This document shows positions 10,021 to 20,418 of a DNA stretch of 64,000 nt, in pieces. The stretch is from Deinococcales bacterium (GTDB lineage: Bacteria > Deinococcota > Deinococci > Deinococcales > JAAFIG01): positions 241,220 through 305,219 of the forward strand of contig JANNVX010000088.1 in assembly GCA_031414595.1 (NCBI GenBank). Direction: 5' to 3'. Under the pieces are notes generated by a model, which was given only the letters and a program-made list of their open reading frames with translations, had not been told where the DNA came from and did not search any database. How positions within the stretch are numbered: position 1 is the first letter of the stretch; every line of letters begins with the position of its first letter. Made by a program: the position numbers and the translations under genes.

Positions 10021-10572
10021 ATGTTCGCTGATTTGAAAAATCAACCTACCACAGATGAATTCTTGTTGTATGGAATTGCATCTGCGAATGAAGGTAGTTT
10101 TCTCGAGTTGTATCAGCGCTATAACCGCAGTGTTTACAGCCTTGCTAAACGAATCCTCAGAACCAACTCCGATGCCGAAGAAGTGACCCAAGATGTCTTT
10201 GTCAAAATTTGGGATAAAGCCCTCGAGTACGCTCCACACAAGGGTAAGGTCAGCACTTGGATTTTAACCATCGCCCATCACAGCGCCATAGATGCGCTGC
10301 GTAAACGCAATTCTCGAGCCAGCTTGCCGATGTTTGAAGAAGAACTCGAACGAATCCCGCAAACCACCCAAACCGATTTACTCGAGCAGAACATGATTCA
10401 AAACGCCCTTGCAAAACTCGAGCCACAAGAACAAATGTGCATTGAATTGGCGTACTTTGAAGGGTTAAGCCATGCACAACTGGCTAAGCACACCGAATTA
10501 CCACTTGGCACAATCAAAACCCGTATTCGGCAGGGCTTGGCGAAATTAAAAACTGCACTAGGCGATTGGTGA
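10021..10572 (+). CDS. ECF RNA polymerase sigma factor (SigK-like)
   Basis: DAEEVTQDVFVKIW region 2, WILTIAH, region 4 LPLGTIKTRIRQGL. Confidence 0.92.
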   Translation: MFADLKNQPTTDEFLLYGIASANEGSFLELYQRYNRSVYSLAKRILRTNSDAEEVTQDVFVKIWDKALEYAPHKGKVSTWILTIAHHSAIDALRKRNSRASLPMFEEELERIPQTTQTDLLEQNMIQNALAKLEPQEQMCIELAYFEGLSHAQLAKHTELPLGTIKTRIRQGLAKLKTALGDW

Positions 10573-10610
10573 TGAGAAACCACTCATCTAGGGTTTTATA
10601 AGCTCAGACC

Positions 10611-11087
10611 ATGCTCAGTGAGGAAGAAAAAAATCAAATTCGACTCGAGGAGAAAACGCAATCTCGAGAACGACTTTCACTCGAGCAGCAAAGGCAAAAA
10701 GCGTTAGCGACTGAACATTACCGCCAAGAAGTTCGTGGGAAATTGCATCGTGACTCAAGAAACTATTGGCTTTTGCTTATTCCCATTTTATTGGTTGCTG
10801 TTGCTTTTATTTTTCAATCCATGTTTTTACCAGTAAAACCTATCCAGCCTGAAGACACGACAGGAGGAATTGCCGATTCCGAATTTATCAAGCGGTGTGA
10901 ATCTGAAGTTATTGGACAAATGGGAGGTGAATTAGAAATTTCACAGGAGTATCAAGTTTTTTCAAATGTTGAAGGTAAGCAATTGAACGGCTGGGTTGCA
11001 CCAATAGGTAATGAAGGTAAACCTTTTGAGTTTAGTTGCTCTTACACAGCAATTTCGGACAGCTTAAAAGTCGAAATCATCAGGTAA
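10611..11087 (+). CDS. Hypothetical membrane-anchored protein
   Basis: Coiled N-terminus, one TM helix, Cys pair in C-terminal domain. Confidence 0.7.
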   Translation: MLSEEEKNQIRLEEKTQSRERLSLEQQRQKALATEHYRQEVRGKLHRDSRNYWLLLIPILLVAVAFIFQSMFLPVKPIQPEDTTGGIADSEFIKRCESEVIGQMGGELEISQEYQVFSNVEGKQLNGWVAPIGNEGKPFEFSCSYTAISDSLKVEIIR

Positions 11088-11095
11088 GGAGTTTT

Positions 11096-11623
11096 ATGAA
11101 ACGAATCAGATTTATGATGATTGGACTTCTTGGCATCGCCACTGCCCAAACCAGCACAATCACCGTGCCTCGAGAAAAAATTAGTTTGGTCTGCACCGAT
11201 GGCTATTTCAAAATCGAACGTATTAACTTTGTGCTGCAAGACGAAACATATCCAACTTGCAAATTGATCATGCCGCTTGCGCTGCGTGAGCGCTGGGCTG
11301 GAAAACGCAATTTTTATGTTGTCCCAAGGGTTAGCGCTAATCTTTTTGCTCGAGACGACAAAGGCAAAGGGCAGTGGTTGCCGCTTTCGCCACTGGTCAA
11401 TTCAGGCGAAGATGCTTTTCACAAAGCCATTCCCAGCAAAGGGTATAAGTCCGTAGAGTTAATCGGTCAATTTGGCAAATTAAGCGAACGGGCTGGCAAG
11501 TTAAAACCAGACACCGTTGGCGCTGGCGGTAAGGTCACGGTTTGTGTTTCCCCAGTTTATAGTGGTGAACAGCCGTGTGTGACTTTTGATATTACTGCGC
11601 GATTTCGGATTTACTCGAGGTAA
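11096..11623 (+). CDS. Hypothetical secreted protein
   Basis: AAGGAG RBS, signal peptide MKRIRFMMIGLLGIATAQ, four Cys. Confidence 0.7.
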   Translation: MKRIRFMMIGLLGIATAQTSTITVPREKISLVCTDGYFKIERINFVLQDETYPTCKLIMPLALRERWAGKRNFYVVPRVSANLFARDDKGKGQWLPLSPLVNSGEDAFHKAIPSKGYKSVELIGQFGKLSERAGKLKPDTVGAGGKVTVCVSPVYSGEQPCVTFDITARFRIYSR

Positions 11624-12635
11624 AATTGAGCCTAGGATTGATTTTTTTGGCAACCCAAAGCCCAAGCCAGACCAAACCAGTTAAAACAAAGACCAGTATG
11701 TAATCAATGGCGGGAATACGGATAATTTCGTTCAGTTTGCCCCAACCTCGACCTGAGTAAACATATAAAGCCACAGCACAGTAAATTCCTAGGATTGTAA
11801 AACGAGACCACTGCGGAATTTTGAGTCCGTACAGTTGTGTGACCACCAAAATTCCCGCGAAGCCAAAAGCAAACATTGGCCAGATATTATTACCTTGTCC
11901 AACCGCCACCAATGTGCCATGCAGCAAGACACTAAACTCGAGTGAGAATGTCCACCAACGGTTGACATGTGAGCGTGTGAAGAACAAACTGCCTTGTAGA
12001 ATCAATAAGAAGGTGTATATAAAACCAATCAAATGCCCGGGGGTGCTGACCATTGGGTGATACCAAAAAGTGTAAATGGTTGCCCAAGCAAAAAAATACC
12101 CATGGTACTTTTTAATAAAATTAACCACTTCGGTACTTAAAGGTGCGGGTTTACCAAAAAACATCCCTCGGCGTTTGTTTTCCATAATCAGAACCATCAC
12201 CAGCAGCACAATCACACTGCCTTGGCTCGAGAAGATACTGACATCTTGGGCAAGACCATCATAAAACAGATGGGTTTGCACCAAATGCAGGGTAATAAAT
12301 AGCGCATTTAAGCCCAGTGCGATGATATTTATTTTGTTCAGCCCGTTGGTGTACTTACCAACCTTGGTTTGAGCGTACCAAATTGTCCACCAAATGGCGA
12401 TTTGATGCAGCACATACAGCACCCAAACGGAAGCCCGAGTCCAAAAAGTCGGTTCGGGCAGTTTCCAATAATAATGAGCCACACCCGTATCTGGCGCAAG
12501 TCGAATGTTGTTTAAGCGGTCTCCAAGAAACCAGATTAAAGCCGTGAACAGAAAACTAAAAGCAATTCCACCCCATAAAACGGAACTACTCGAGAGTGGT
12601 TTTTGCTCAGAAACTTTGGGAATTGTGCTTTGCAT
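11592..12635 (-). CDS. Conserved polytopic membrane protein
   Basis: About 9-10 hydrophobic helices with His-rich motifs (HLVQTHLFYDGLAQDV, KYHGY, WYHP). Confidence 0.8.
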   Translation of the reverse strand: MQSTIPKVSEQKPLSSSSVLWGGIAFSFLFTALIWFLGDRLNNIRLAPDTGVAHYYWKLPEPTFWTRASVWVLYVLHQIAIWWTIWYAQTKVGKYTNGLNKINIIALGLNALFITLHLVQTHLFYDGLAQDVSIFSSQGSVIVLLVMVLIMENKRRGMFFGKPAPLSTEVVNFIKKYHGYFFAWATIYTFWYHPMVSTPGHLIGFIYTFLLILQGSLFFTRSHVNRWWTFSLEFSVLLHGTLVAVGQGNNIWPMFAFGFAGILVVTQLYGLKIPQWSRFTILGIYCAVALYVYSGRGWGKLNEIIRIPAIDYILVFVLTGLVWLGLWVAKKINPRLNFTSSKSEIAQ

Positions 12636-12686
12636 GGACTACATCCTGCGCTATACAGAACAAAATCAACTGGTCTTAGCTCACAA

Positions 12687-15530
12687 TTACGCTGTTGGAA
12701 AGATAAACTCGAGGCTCGAGCCAAGGTTTTCTTCGCTGCTGACCTTCATTTCACCACCTGCCAGCGCGACTCGTTCACGCATTCCAGCTAAACCAAGATG
12801 CCCCTCGAGCAGCAAATTGCCGTTTTGCGTGGCAAAGCCTCGTCCGTCATCTTGTACCAATACTTCTAGGCTGGTCTCGAGAAATTTAAGGCGTACCGAA
12901 CAATGGGCAGCCTGAGCATGTTTATCTATATTGGTTAATGCCTCTTGTACCACACGGTAAATGGTCAGTTCTAGGGCGGTTTCTAAGCGGCGCTCAATGC
13001 CTTGCACTTCGAGTCTGGCATCGGTACTGGATTGTTCACACAGCCATTCAAGGGCGGGAATAAGCCCAAGGTCATCCAAGGCACTCGGACGAAGATTACG
13101 ACTGAAACGGCGCACACTGGCAATGGCGGCATCTACGTCGGAACGAATATCGCGTACTCGGTCTTTGGCTTGGGCGGTTGGCATGGTCTCGAGGGCAGTT
13201 TCTAAACGGTCAAGCCGGCGGGTGATTGCCACTAAAGTCTGGGCGGTGTCGTCGTGTAGTTCTCGTGCAATACGGCGGCGTTCTTCTTCGCCAGCTTGGG
13301 TGAACAGACTTAAGAACGAGCGCAATTCTGAAGCTCTGGCTTGGGCTTGTCCGCGCTGCGTAATCTCAAGGGCTAGTTTTTGCTGCTCGGATAAATCACG
13401 GGCAATCACCAAGCCGCCTTGTAATTCGCCGTTGCGGTGTAGCGCCGATAACTTTATTTCAAGCATCGCCAAAGTACCATCAGCCCGTTTTACCTCGGCG
13501 GTGAAGGTACTCGAAATCTGTTCCTGCATGGTGCGCCAAGCGGCTCGAGCCTCGTCATAACTGTTCGGCTCGAGTAAATCTTCAAAGTGACGCTCCAAGA
13601 GTTCGTTTGGCGCATAACCTAAAACCTCGAGCGCCGCATTATTGGCGTAAGTCACAATGCCTTCGAGGTCGGTTGAAATAATCAGGTCTGTGGCGGCTTC
13701 TGCCAGCAAACTGTACTGTTGTTGTTGGGCTTGAATCCGTTCATACAGGCGGGCATTTTGAATCGCTAGGGCGGCTTGTTGGGCAATCGCGGCGGCTAGA
13801 CGGGATTCCCGAGCGGTAATTTCGGAAGTTCGGGTGCTGTCGGCATATAAAATCCCCAGCACCTGCCCTTGGACTTGAATCGGTGCAACCACAAAGGCTT
13901 GAGCGCCAAGCAGGGTCGGACCCTCGCTTTCGAGCGATTCATCTTGGGCTTCGTTAATCACAATCGGCTCGAGGTCTAAAATCAGTTTAGCAAAGGCTTC
14001 ATCGGCAATCACAAAGGGTTTAATAAAGCCTTCTAAACCATCTTGAAAACCTTGGGCATATAATTTGCCAATTTCGGCACGTTGGTTTTGCATATCCAGC
14101 AAATCAAAAAATCCAATAAAACTGCGTTCTAAATCCAGCGTCTCGAGGGCTTCACGGCAGACTAAAGCCAGCACTTCATCCAATTCTAAGGTGCTGCTGG
14201 TGACTCGAGCCATCTCGAGCAGGGCGTTTTCATCGGCAAAAGCCCGTGCATTGCCCAGCGCCACCCCAGCTTGAGCCGCAAACGCCGATAATGTGCCTTG
14301 TTCATCAGGGCTAAAGACTCGGCTTTGAGGAAAATACAATGCCAGCGCCCCGTAAACTTCACCACGAGCCATGAGTGGTGCAGCCAGAAAATCCGACGCA
14401 GCAATCACTTCGGCTTGGTGCGTGGACTCGAGCAATAAATCTAAGCCTTGCCCGAGTAAAGAATCATCTTCGACTCCATAACTGGCACGTACCTCGAGTA
14501 CATTTCGCACTTTTTCAAAGACTGCACAGGAACTTGCGCCCAGTAACTTGACGGCGGTCTCGAGAATCGCTTCTAAAGTCTGGGAAATACTCAGGCTTTC
14601 GGATAAGCGCTGCATGACTAGCCGCAACCCTTCGGCATTTTGGCGTTTGGCACTCTCGAGTGAATAGGAGCGCGAATTTTCCACCGCCAACGCCATAATT
14701 TCAAGCATCGCTTGCCCAAGCGAAACGGTGCGCTCAGTAATCTCTAAGCCGCTTTTGGTGGTGTCGGCATACAGCACCCCAAGTGTTTCGCCCCTCGAGA
14801 CGATAGGCAGCATCAAAAAGGCTTCTGCCCCAAATTTACGCGGCGTACTGGAAAAACTCCTCGAACTGGATTTAACATCGTTTAGGACAATTGGTTGCCC
14901 ACGGTGCAACCGTGCAAAACTCTCGGCAGAAATCGCCAGTACCTCATCCGATTCAAGTTGAGGAAACTGGTACTTGAAATAGCCTCGAGCCTCCGCTCCA
15001 GCCTCCGAAGCACTCGAGAACAACCCCAGTAAACCTCGTTCTAAACCCAGTGCATCCACGGTTTGGCTTAAACTTTCGAGTAAAATCTGCTCGAGTTCTA
15101 AGGTGTTTGAGACCCGCTTAGAAAGCTCAGACAGCGCCTTGGTTTCTTTTTCACGCCGCACCGCATCTCGAGATAACCGCGCCGCTTCTAGGGCAATGCC
15201 ACTGAGCGCCAAAAAATCGGGTTCGAGGGCTGTGCCACCACGAATTTCAAGCCAACCAATGCGTCGCCCTCGAGCCTCGAGATATACGGCATTTTCAAGC
15301 ACCGCATTCAGCGCCACATCCTCAAAACGAAGTCCAGCCCCACCCAGACTCGAGACCCCCAAAGCATTTGCCACCGCCACAGTTTCACGGCGTTCATTGG
15401 TTTCAAGCAGCACCCGCACCGATTGGGCAGCAGCCAACTGCAAAGCCGCCCGAGCAATCACTTGCCCAGTGGCGGCTAAACCACGGGTGCGATGCAGCGT
15501 CTCGAGGTAAGGATTAACGCCCGAATTCAC
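12687..15530 (-). CDS. Cytoplasmic GAF-GAF-GAF-PAS sensor histidine kinase (HisKA_3)
   Basis: EERRRIARELHD H-box, QEALTNIDKHA, DDGRGF, GLAGMRERV; repeated GAF motifs (GVLYAD) and a PAS domain. Confidence 0.92.
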   Translation of the reverse strand: MNSGVNPYLETLHRTRGLAATGQVIARAALQLAAAQSVRVLLETNERRETVAVANALGVSSLGGAGLRFEDVALNAVLENAVYLEARGRRIGWLEIRGGTALEPDFLALSGIALEAARLSRDAVRREKETKALSELSKRVSNTLELEQILLESLSQTVDALGLERGLLGLFSSASEAGAEARGYFKYQFPQLESDEVLAISAESFARLHRGQPIVLNDVKSSSRSFSSTPRKFGAEAFLMLPIVSRGETLGVLYADTTKSGLEITERTVSLGQAMLEIMALAVENSRSYSLESAKRQNAEGLRLVMQRLSESLSISQTLEAILETAVKLLGASSCAVFEKVRNVLEVRASYGVEDDSLLGQGLDLLLESTHQAEVIAASDFLAAPLMARGEVYGALALYFPQSRVFSPDEQGTLSAFAAQAGVALGNARAFADENALLEMARVTSSTLELDEVLALVCREALETLDLERSFIGFFDLLDMQNQRAEIGKLYAQGFQDGLEGFIKPFVIADEAFAKLILDLEPIVINEAQDESLESEGPTLLGAQAFVVAPIQVQGQVLGILYADSTRTSEITARESRLAAAIAQQAALAIQNARLYERIQAQQQQYSLLAEAATDLIISTDLEGIVTYANNAALEVLGYAPNELLERHFEDLLEPNSYDEARAAWRTMQEQISSTFTAEVKRADGTLAMLEIKLSALHRNGELQGGLVIARDLSEQQKLALEITQRGQAQARASELRSFLSLFTQAGEEERRRIARELHDDTAQTLVAITRRLDRLETALETMPTAQAKDRVRDIRSDVDAAIASVRRFSRNLRPSALDDLGLIPALEWLCEQSSTDARLEVQGIERRLETALELTIYRVVQEALTNIDKHAQAAHCSVRLKFLETSLEVLVQDDGRGFATQNGNLLLEGHLGLAGMRERVALAGGEMKVSSEENLGSSLEFIFPTA

Positions 15531-15539
15531 TTCTTTCGT

Positions 15540-15971
15540 TTAAGCCTCTTGCTCGTCGCTTGGCTTCTTCGCGGTTTTTTTGGCTTTACCCTCGGTTTTT
15601 GCCTCGAGTTCTTCGGCTTTGGTTTCAATCGTCTCGAGTGGAGTTTCAATCACTTCTGAAATTTCCACAGCTTCAACCACTGGAATTTGCACAGGTGCTT
15701 CTACGTCAACAGGCATAGGAACGGGTTTATTCGAGGCGGAGACCGTTTTACTTTGCAATTGGGTTACTGCAAAATACACAATCCCCACCAGAATCGCCAC
15801 TGGCACAAGCCAACGCAGCAATGCCACAATAATCCCAGCAAAACCAAGCAGAATTCCGCCCAGCAGGGTTAGAACCCAACCAAGGATGTACATGCCAGCC
15901 AAGCCAACCACCACAGCAACGAGTCCCTTAACAATCACTTCGAGCGTTTTACGCCAATCGGTTTCTTTCAT
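15540..15971 (-). CDS. Small membrane protein with acidic tail
   Basis: Two TM segments followed by E/K/P-rich tail. Confidence 0.75.
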   Translation of the reverse strand: MKETDWRKTLEVIVKGLVAVVVGLAGMYILGWVLTLLGGILLGFAGIIVALLRWLVPVAILVGIVYFAVTQLQSKTVSASNKPVPMPVDVEAPVQIPVVEAVEISEVIETPLETIETKAEELEAKTEGKAKKTAKKPSDEQEA

Positions 15972-16011
15972 AACTCTATTGTACGCGGTTTTTTAGAAAA
16001 AAGTTCCACGG

Positions 16012-17304
16012 CTAATCACTCGAGGCTTTGCGGATGTTGATCACACTAAAAAATGCCAATAAAGTGAATAGGAATGTCAGCAGAATTACGCCATCCATTT
16101 TTAAGGTTGAGACAAAAATCCCACCCAGCAGTGAACCACCAATTAAATTACCACCAGCCAAGAAAATGCTATACAAACCCATGACCACACCGCGATCTTC
16201 TGGGAAGTCCTCGGAAATATCGGCAAGGTATGCTAACGCTACAGGTGTAAATCCAGCTTGAAAAAACGCACCGACCAGTAGCACCACGAACCAAATGCTG
16301 ACTGGCTCGAGCGGGGTTGGAATAAAAAAGGTCAGTCCAAATTCAGGATGATTGAGCATAAATAAACTAACCGAAATGAGCATTAAGCCACCACCTGCAT
16401 AAAGCATTGGGGTGCTTCGTTTACCGTGTTTGGAGCGTTCTGCCCAAAAAACCAGTCCAACCAAAAAGGCAAAAGCAAAAAAACCAAGGTATTTGCTGAC
16501 TTCACTTGGTGAAAAACCACCAACCAAAGCCTGTCCAGTCTCGAGCGGGACTTTTCCTTTGGATAAAATGTTCTGGACATGCACAATCCAAAGCCCAATC
16601 ACGGCAGTTGCCGCTAACCACGCAGGTAGAAAGCGCACCAAGCGTTTATTGCCAAGAGCTTTAATATAATCGTTCCAACTGCGGCGTTTCTCGAGCCGAA
16701 CACCAATGTTGGGTAAGAAAAACCAAAAAACCACTGCGCCAATTAAGTAAACCCCTGCCAGAAAAGGATAACTGCCTGTGCCTAAGGCGCTCCACAAAAG
16801 CGGACCCAACACAATGCTGCCGCCCATAACCCCAAGCAAAGTCACGATTTCGTACATTCCCATGATTCGAGCGCGGTGTGGACTGCCATCGGTCAGGTCA
16901 GATAAATAGCCTAATGTGGCTGGAATGGCAGCCGCCGCACTGATTCCTTCAATAATACGAATCAAAAATAACATCTCTAAACTCGAGGTTAGTGGATACA
17001 ACAGTAAAGCCACTGCCCCAATCACGGGTGCAACTGCCATCAGTAATTTGCGCCCCACACGGTCAGTCATTGCCCCAAAAATCGGGGCAAGAAAAAATTC
17101 GGTGGCATAATAACCAGCCGCTACAAATCCGACTTCAAGACCTTCAACTCCTAGTGATTTTAAGTAAAAATTGAGTGTCCCAGTCGCAAGCCCACCACTG
17201 ACCCGAAGTAGGAACGTCCCCAATAAAACAATCACCGCTCCGTAAAAAAGCAGGTTTGGCTCGAGTCGTTTTGGTGTTTGGTGGTTGTTCTTTGGAATGC
17301 TCAT
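16012..17304 (-). CDS. MFS transporter
   Basis: GAMTDRVGRK motif A; about 12 TM helices. Confidence 0.9.
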   Translation of the reverse strand: MSIPKNNHQTPKRLEPNLLFYGAVIVLLGTFLLRVSGGLATGTLNFYLKSLGVEGLEVGFVAAGYYATEFFLAPIFGAMTDRVGRKLLMAVAPVIGAVALLLYPLTSSLEMLFLIRIIEGISAAAAIPATLGYLSDLTDGSPHRARIMGMYEIVTLLGVMGGSIVLGPLLWSALGTGSYPFLAGVYLIGAVVFWFFLPNIGVRLEKRRSWNDYIKALGNKRLVRFLPAWLAATAVIGLWIVHVQNILSKGKVPLETGQALVGGFSPSEVSKYLGFFAFAFLVGLVFWAERSKHGKRSTPMLYAGGGLMLISVSLFMLNHPEFGLTFFIPTPLEPVSIWFVVLLVGAFFQAGFTPVALAYLADISEDFPEDRGVVMGLYSIFLAGGNLIGGSLLGGIFVSTLKMDGVILLTFLFTLLAFFSVINIRKASSD

Positions 17305-17376
17305 GGAATCCCATTTAGTTTAACCCGATTGGATGAGGGAGTTTTTCCCCTAGTCACTTAAGTTAAGGTAGCCATA

Positions 17377-18024
17377 ATGAAACGGTTTGATTATTCTTTT
17401 CCTGAAACTCGAGTGGTGCAAATGGTGACTGGGCAAATTCAAGAAAATGCTTATCTGGTTATCCACGACTCGCTTGAGGCAGTTTTGGTAGACCCCGGCG
17501 ACGATGCCCAAGAAATTTTAGAACTGATTAAGCTCGAGAAAGCCAATGTCAAAGCAATTCTCCTGACCCATGCTCACTTTGACCATATCGGCGCGGTTCA
17601 AGTCACCCGTGAAGCCCTGCAATGCCCAGTTTACTTGCACGAGGATGCCTGGGTTTCGTACTCGAGGGCGCACATTGCCCCAGCCCGCTACAACTTGCCG
17701 TTTGTGCAACCCGAAGCCCCAGACCATAAACTCGAGGTTGGCGCAGTAACATTTGGCAATCTCGAGTTCATGGCACTTTTTACCCCCGGACATGCACCCG
17801 GGCATCTTGCCTTGTACTCAAAGGCGGGTTTTGTGCTGTCGGGCGATGCGCTTTTTCATGGCAGTGTCGGACGCACCGATATTCCGGGGGCAGATACCGA
17901 TTTACTGCTCGAGCGGATTAAAACCCAGTTGTATACCCTGCCGGACAACACAGTTGTGCTGTCTGGGCATGGGCGCAGCACCACCATCGGGCGCGAAAAA
18001 GTCAGCAACCCGTTTACTCATTAA
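17377..18024 (+). CDS. MBL-fold metallo-hydrolase (glyoxalase II / YcbL-like)
   Basis: THAHFDH, TPGHAPGH, SGDALF, GHG..TTIG.E. Confidence 0.92.
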   Translation: MKRFDYSFPETRVVQMVTGQIQENAYLVIHDSLEAVLVDPGDDAQEILELIKLEKANVKAILLTHAHFDHIGAVQVTREALQCPVYLHEDAWVSYSRAHIAPARYNLPFVQPEAPDHKLEVGAVTFGNLEFMALFTPGHAPGHLALYSKAGFVLSGDALFHGSVGRTDIPGADTDLLLERIKTQLYTLPDNTVVLSGHGRSTTIGREKVSNPFTH

Positions 18025-18101
18025 AGCTCATTTAAGTAATCCCTCACAGACTCGAGTCATCGCTTCACGTAACTCATGGCGTTCAGCGCGATATTCCTTA
18101 T

Positions 18102-18698
18102 ATGACCCGACTCGCTCTGATTGCGCTGGCTGCCCTGATTATTTTGGGGGTGGTGGTTTCGGTGTTGCCCGCTCCAAAATCTGAAGCCAAAGCCGAGGTT
18201 TTACTCGAGGGCGTGAGTTTAGAACTCTACCCAGCCGCCGACCCAGATGCCAAATGGTTATTTAGTGCTAAAGACGTGCGCTACAATCCAGAAACCAGAG
18301 AAAGTACCGTCAGGCTCGAGGGAATTGGTCAGCGTGTGCTTAAAGGCAAAGTGGATTTGGAGCTTCGGTCTGATGTCTTAACCATAGATTCACAAGATAA
18401 CTTGCGCTTAATCAAAGCCGATGTTTTTGTGCCAGAAGGCTGTTATGCGCTGCGTTTACAAAACAAAAATGACTTGGGCGAAGGGGCTGGTTTTGTGACC
18501 ATAGACCAAAATAACGGTTATGCAGCGCCGTTTATTCATATGCGTTATCAAGGTTCAAAATCTGAGTTGTACGGCTTTACTTCTGGTTTTGCCCTTGATA
18601 ACACCAAATTTGCCGACGATGCACGCAACAAATTCTTAAGCGACATTGATTCCAAAGAATCGTGCCAATCAGTTAAATCCGACATGGGTTGGAACTAA
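18102..18698 (+). CDS. LptC-like periplasmic beta-jellyroll protein
   Basis: N-terminal TM anchor, beta-rich, immediately upstream of two LptA/OstA-like genes. Confidence 0.6.
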   Translation: MTRLALIALAALIILGVVVSVLPAPKSEAKAEVLLEGVSLELYPAADPDAKWLFSAKDVRYNPETRESTVRLEGIGQRVLKGKVDLELRSDVLTIDSQDNLRLIKADVFVPEGCYALRLQNKNDLGEGAGFVTIDQNNGYAAPFIHMRYQGSKSELYGFTSGFALDNTKFADDARNKFLSDIDSKESCQSVKSDMGWN

Positions 18699-18706
18699 GG
18701 ATAATC

Positions 18707-19600
18707 ATGAAATCATTTTTTTTAATTGCCACGATTGGTTTAGCCGCATTAGCCCTTGCCCAAGGCTCGAGAATTCTCGAGATTAACGGCGGTGCGCCCG
18801 GTGGGGATTTACGCAATGGTCCTTTGGTTTGGACAGGAAATTTTACCGCAACCGTCCAAAAGCTCTCCTTAAAAGCCACTAAAGTCACCCTGACCGCGCC
18901 ATCTGGAACAACCTTAAGTGAATCCAAGGGAAAACGCACCGCTATTTTTGAAGGTGGGACAACCGCCACCCGTGGGCGCTTAAATGCCACTGGTCCAAGT
19001 CTCGAGTATAAAGAAGTGACTGGGCTTGGTGTTTTATCGGGTCCTGTACAAATTAAAATTACCCCCGAGAAAAAAGAAGATGACCAAGTGAGTATCCAAG
19101 CCAGTAAAGCCACTTTTGACGTGGACACCAATGTGTCTACTTCCGAAGGCAGTGTTAAATTGGTCAATGGTGGGCAGACTGCGACCTCGAGCAAAGTTGT
19201 CTACGATGAGCAATCTGACTTAGGGTGTTTATCTGACTCGAGGGTTGTGACGATTATCCGTGAACCCAAAAAAGCTGGCGATCCACGCTTGGTGATTACC
19301 GCTAAAGAAACTCGGGTCAATACCAAAACCAATACCCTGATTGCACTGGGCGGTGTAAAACTCGAGGCTGGCGATAATGTCACCTCTGGCGAAGCACTTT
19401 TTTATGATGATGCCAAAGATACGGCTTGGATAATCGGTGATTTAGCCAAGAAACTCGAGGCTAAAAATGTCAATAAAAAGTCTGGCACGACCATTTCTGG
19501 TGGTACAATCATCAATTACACCCGTAAGAATAGCGTCACGATTCAAGGCGCGTTGTTTAAGATTCCGCTTGAAAAGTTTGTGTGTCCGAGTGTTAAATGA
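18707..19600 (+). CDS. LptA/OstA family protein
   Basis: Signal peptide; repeated G.V.L beta-taco motifs (EGSVKLVNG, LGGVKLEAG). Confidence 0.75.
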   Translation: MKSFFLIATIGLAALALAQGSRILEINGGAPGGDLRNGPLVWTGNFTATVQKLSLKATKVTLTAPSGTTLSESKGKRTAIFEGGTTATRGRLNATGPSLEYKEVTGLGVLSGPVQIKITPEKKEDDQVSIQASKATFDVDTNVSTSEGSVKLVNGGQTATSSKVVYDEQSDLGCLSDSRVVTIIREPKKAGDPRLVITAKETRVNTKTNTLIALGGVKLEAGDNVTSGEALFYDDAKDTAWIIGDLAKKLEAKNVNKKSGTTISGGTIINYTRKNSVTIQGALFKIPLEKFVCPSVK

Positions 19601-20418
19601 ACCGACAGTTATTTTTGTTGCTGGTCTGCTCGAGTTTTGGTTTGGCACAAGATGCCGACCAACCATTTACACCAGAGCCTTTTACCCCTAAAGTGATTTT
19701 TGAACGTGGCAATAATGTGGTGGTTGCCAAAAAATATGGACCAGACGAACTCGGGGCATTACTGATTTGTCAGCCCGAAGAGTCCGACCCAAAGCAAGTT
19801 ACCCGTTCGTTTTTTGCCGATGTTAAACCGTATTTTGTGCATGTTTTTATAGATAAAAATATCATCCGAGCGCCTTTAATTACTGCTACCAAAGAATCTC
19901 GAGGTGATGGTCAGTTAAAAGCCGTCAATGGCTCAGCCAAAATACTAAACCCAGAAACTTGTGAAATCGAACTGAAGCCAGACCCTAAACCAAACACGGT
20001 TTTTGTTGAACAAGGTAAAACCAAGTTGTCTGGCTCGAGTTTAATTTATTCTCAAGAGTCTGGCATTGGGGTGATTGCCGGTCCAATTACTTTTGCCCGT
20101 CCCCAAGCGGGCGGCAACATTTTACGCGGCTCGAGTGAAAAAATCACGGTGGATGTGGACAACGAAAAAACTTTTTTAGAAGGCAATGTCAAACTTGAAT
20201 CCAAATGCCGCAGCAGTATCGCCGACCGTGTTGAATACGATGACCGCGAGAACTTAGCGATTTTGTATGGCAATCCAGCCATTTCTAAACGCTTAGATGG
20301 GTCGGATGAAATTAAAGCAGATAGGCTCGAGTACAATTTAGAAACCAATGATGTGGTTCTCAACGGCAGCATTTCAGGGGTTTTTGACGATAACGCCAAG
20401 CCCTGCCGCGAGAACTAG
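19597..20418 (+). CDS. LptA/OstA family protein
   Basis: Signal peptide; LEGNVKLE, ADRVEYD, LYGNPA, ADRLEYNL; ATGA overlap with the previous gene. Confidence 0.8.
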   Translation: MNRQLFLLLVCSSFGLAQDADQPFTPEPFTPKVIFERGNNVVVAKKYGPDELGALLICQPEESDPKQVTRSFFADVKPYFVHVFIDKNIIRAPLITATKESRGDGQLKAVNGSAKILNPETCEIELKPDPKPNTVFVEQGKTKLSGSSLIYSQESGIGVIAGPITFARPQAGGNILRGSSEKITVDVDNEKTFLEGNVKLESKCRSSIADRVEYDDRENLAILYGNPAISKRLDGSDEIKADRLEYNLETNDVVLNGSISGVFDDNAKPCREN

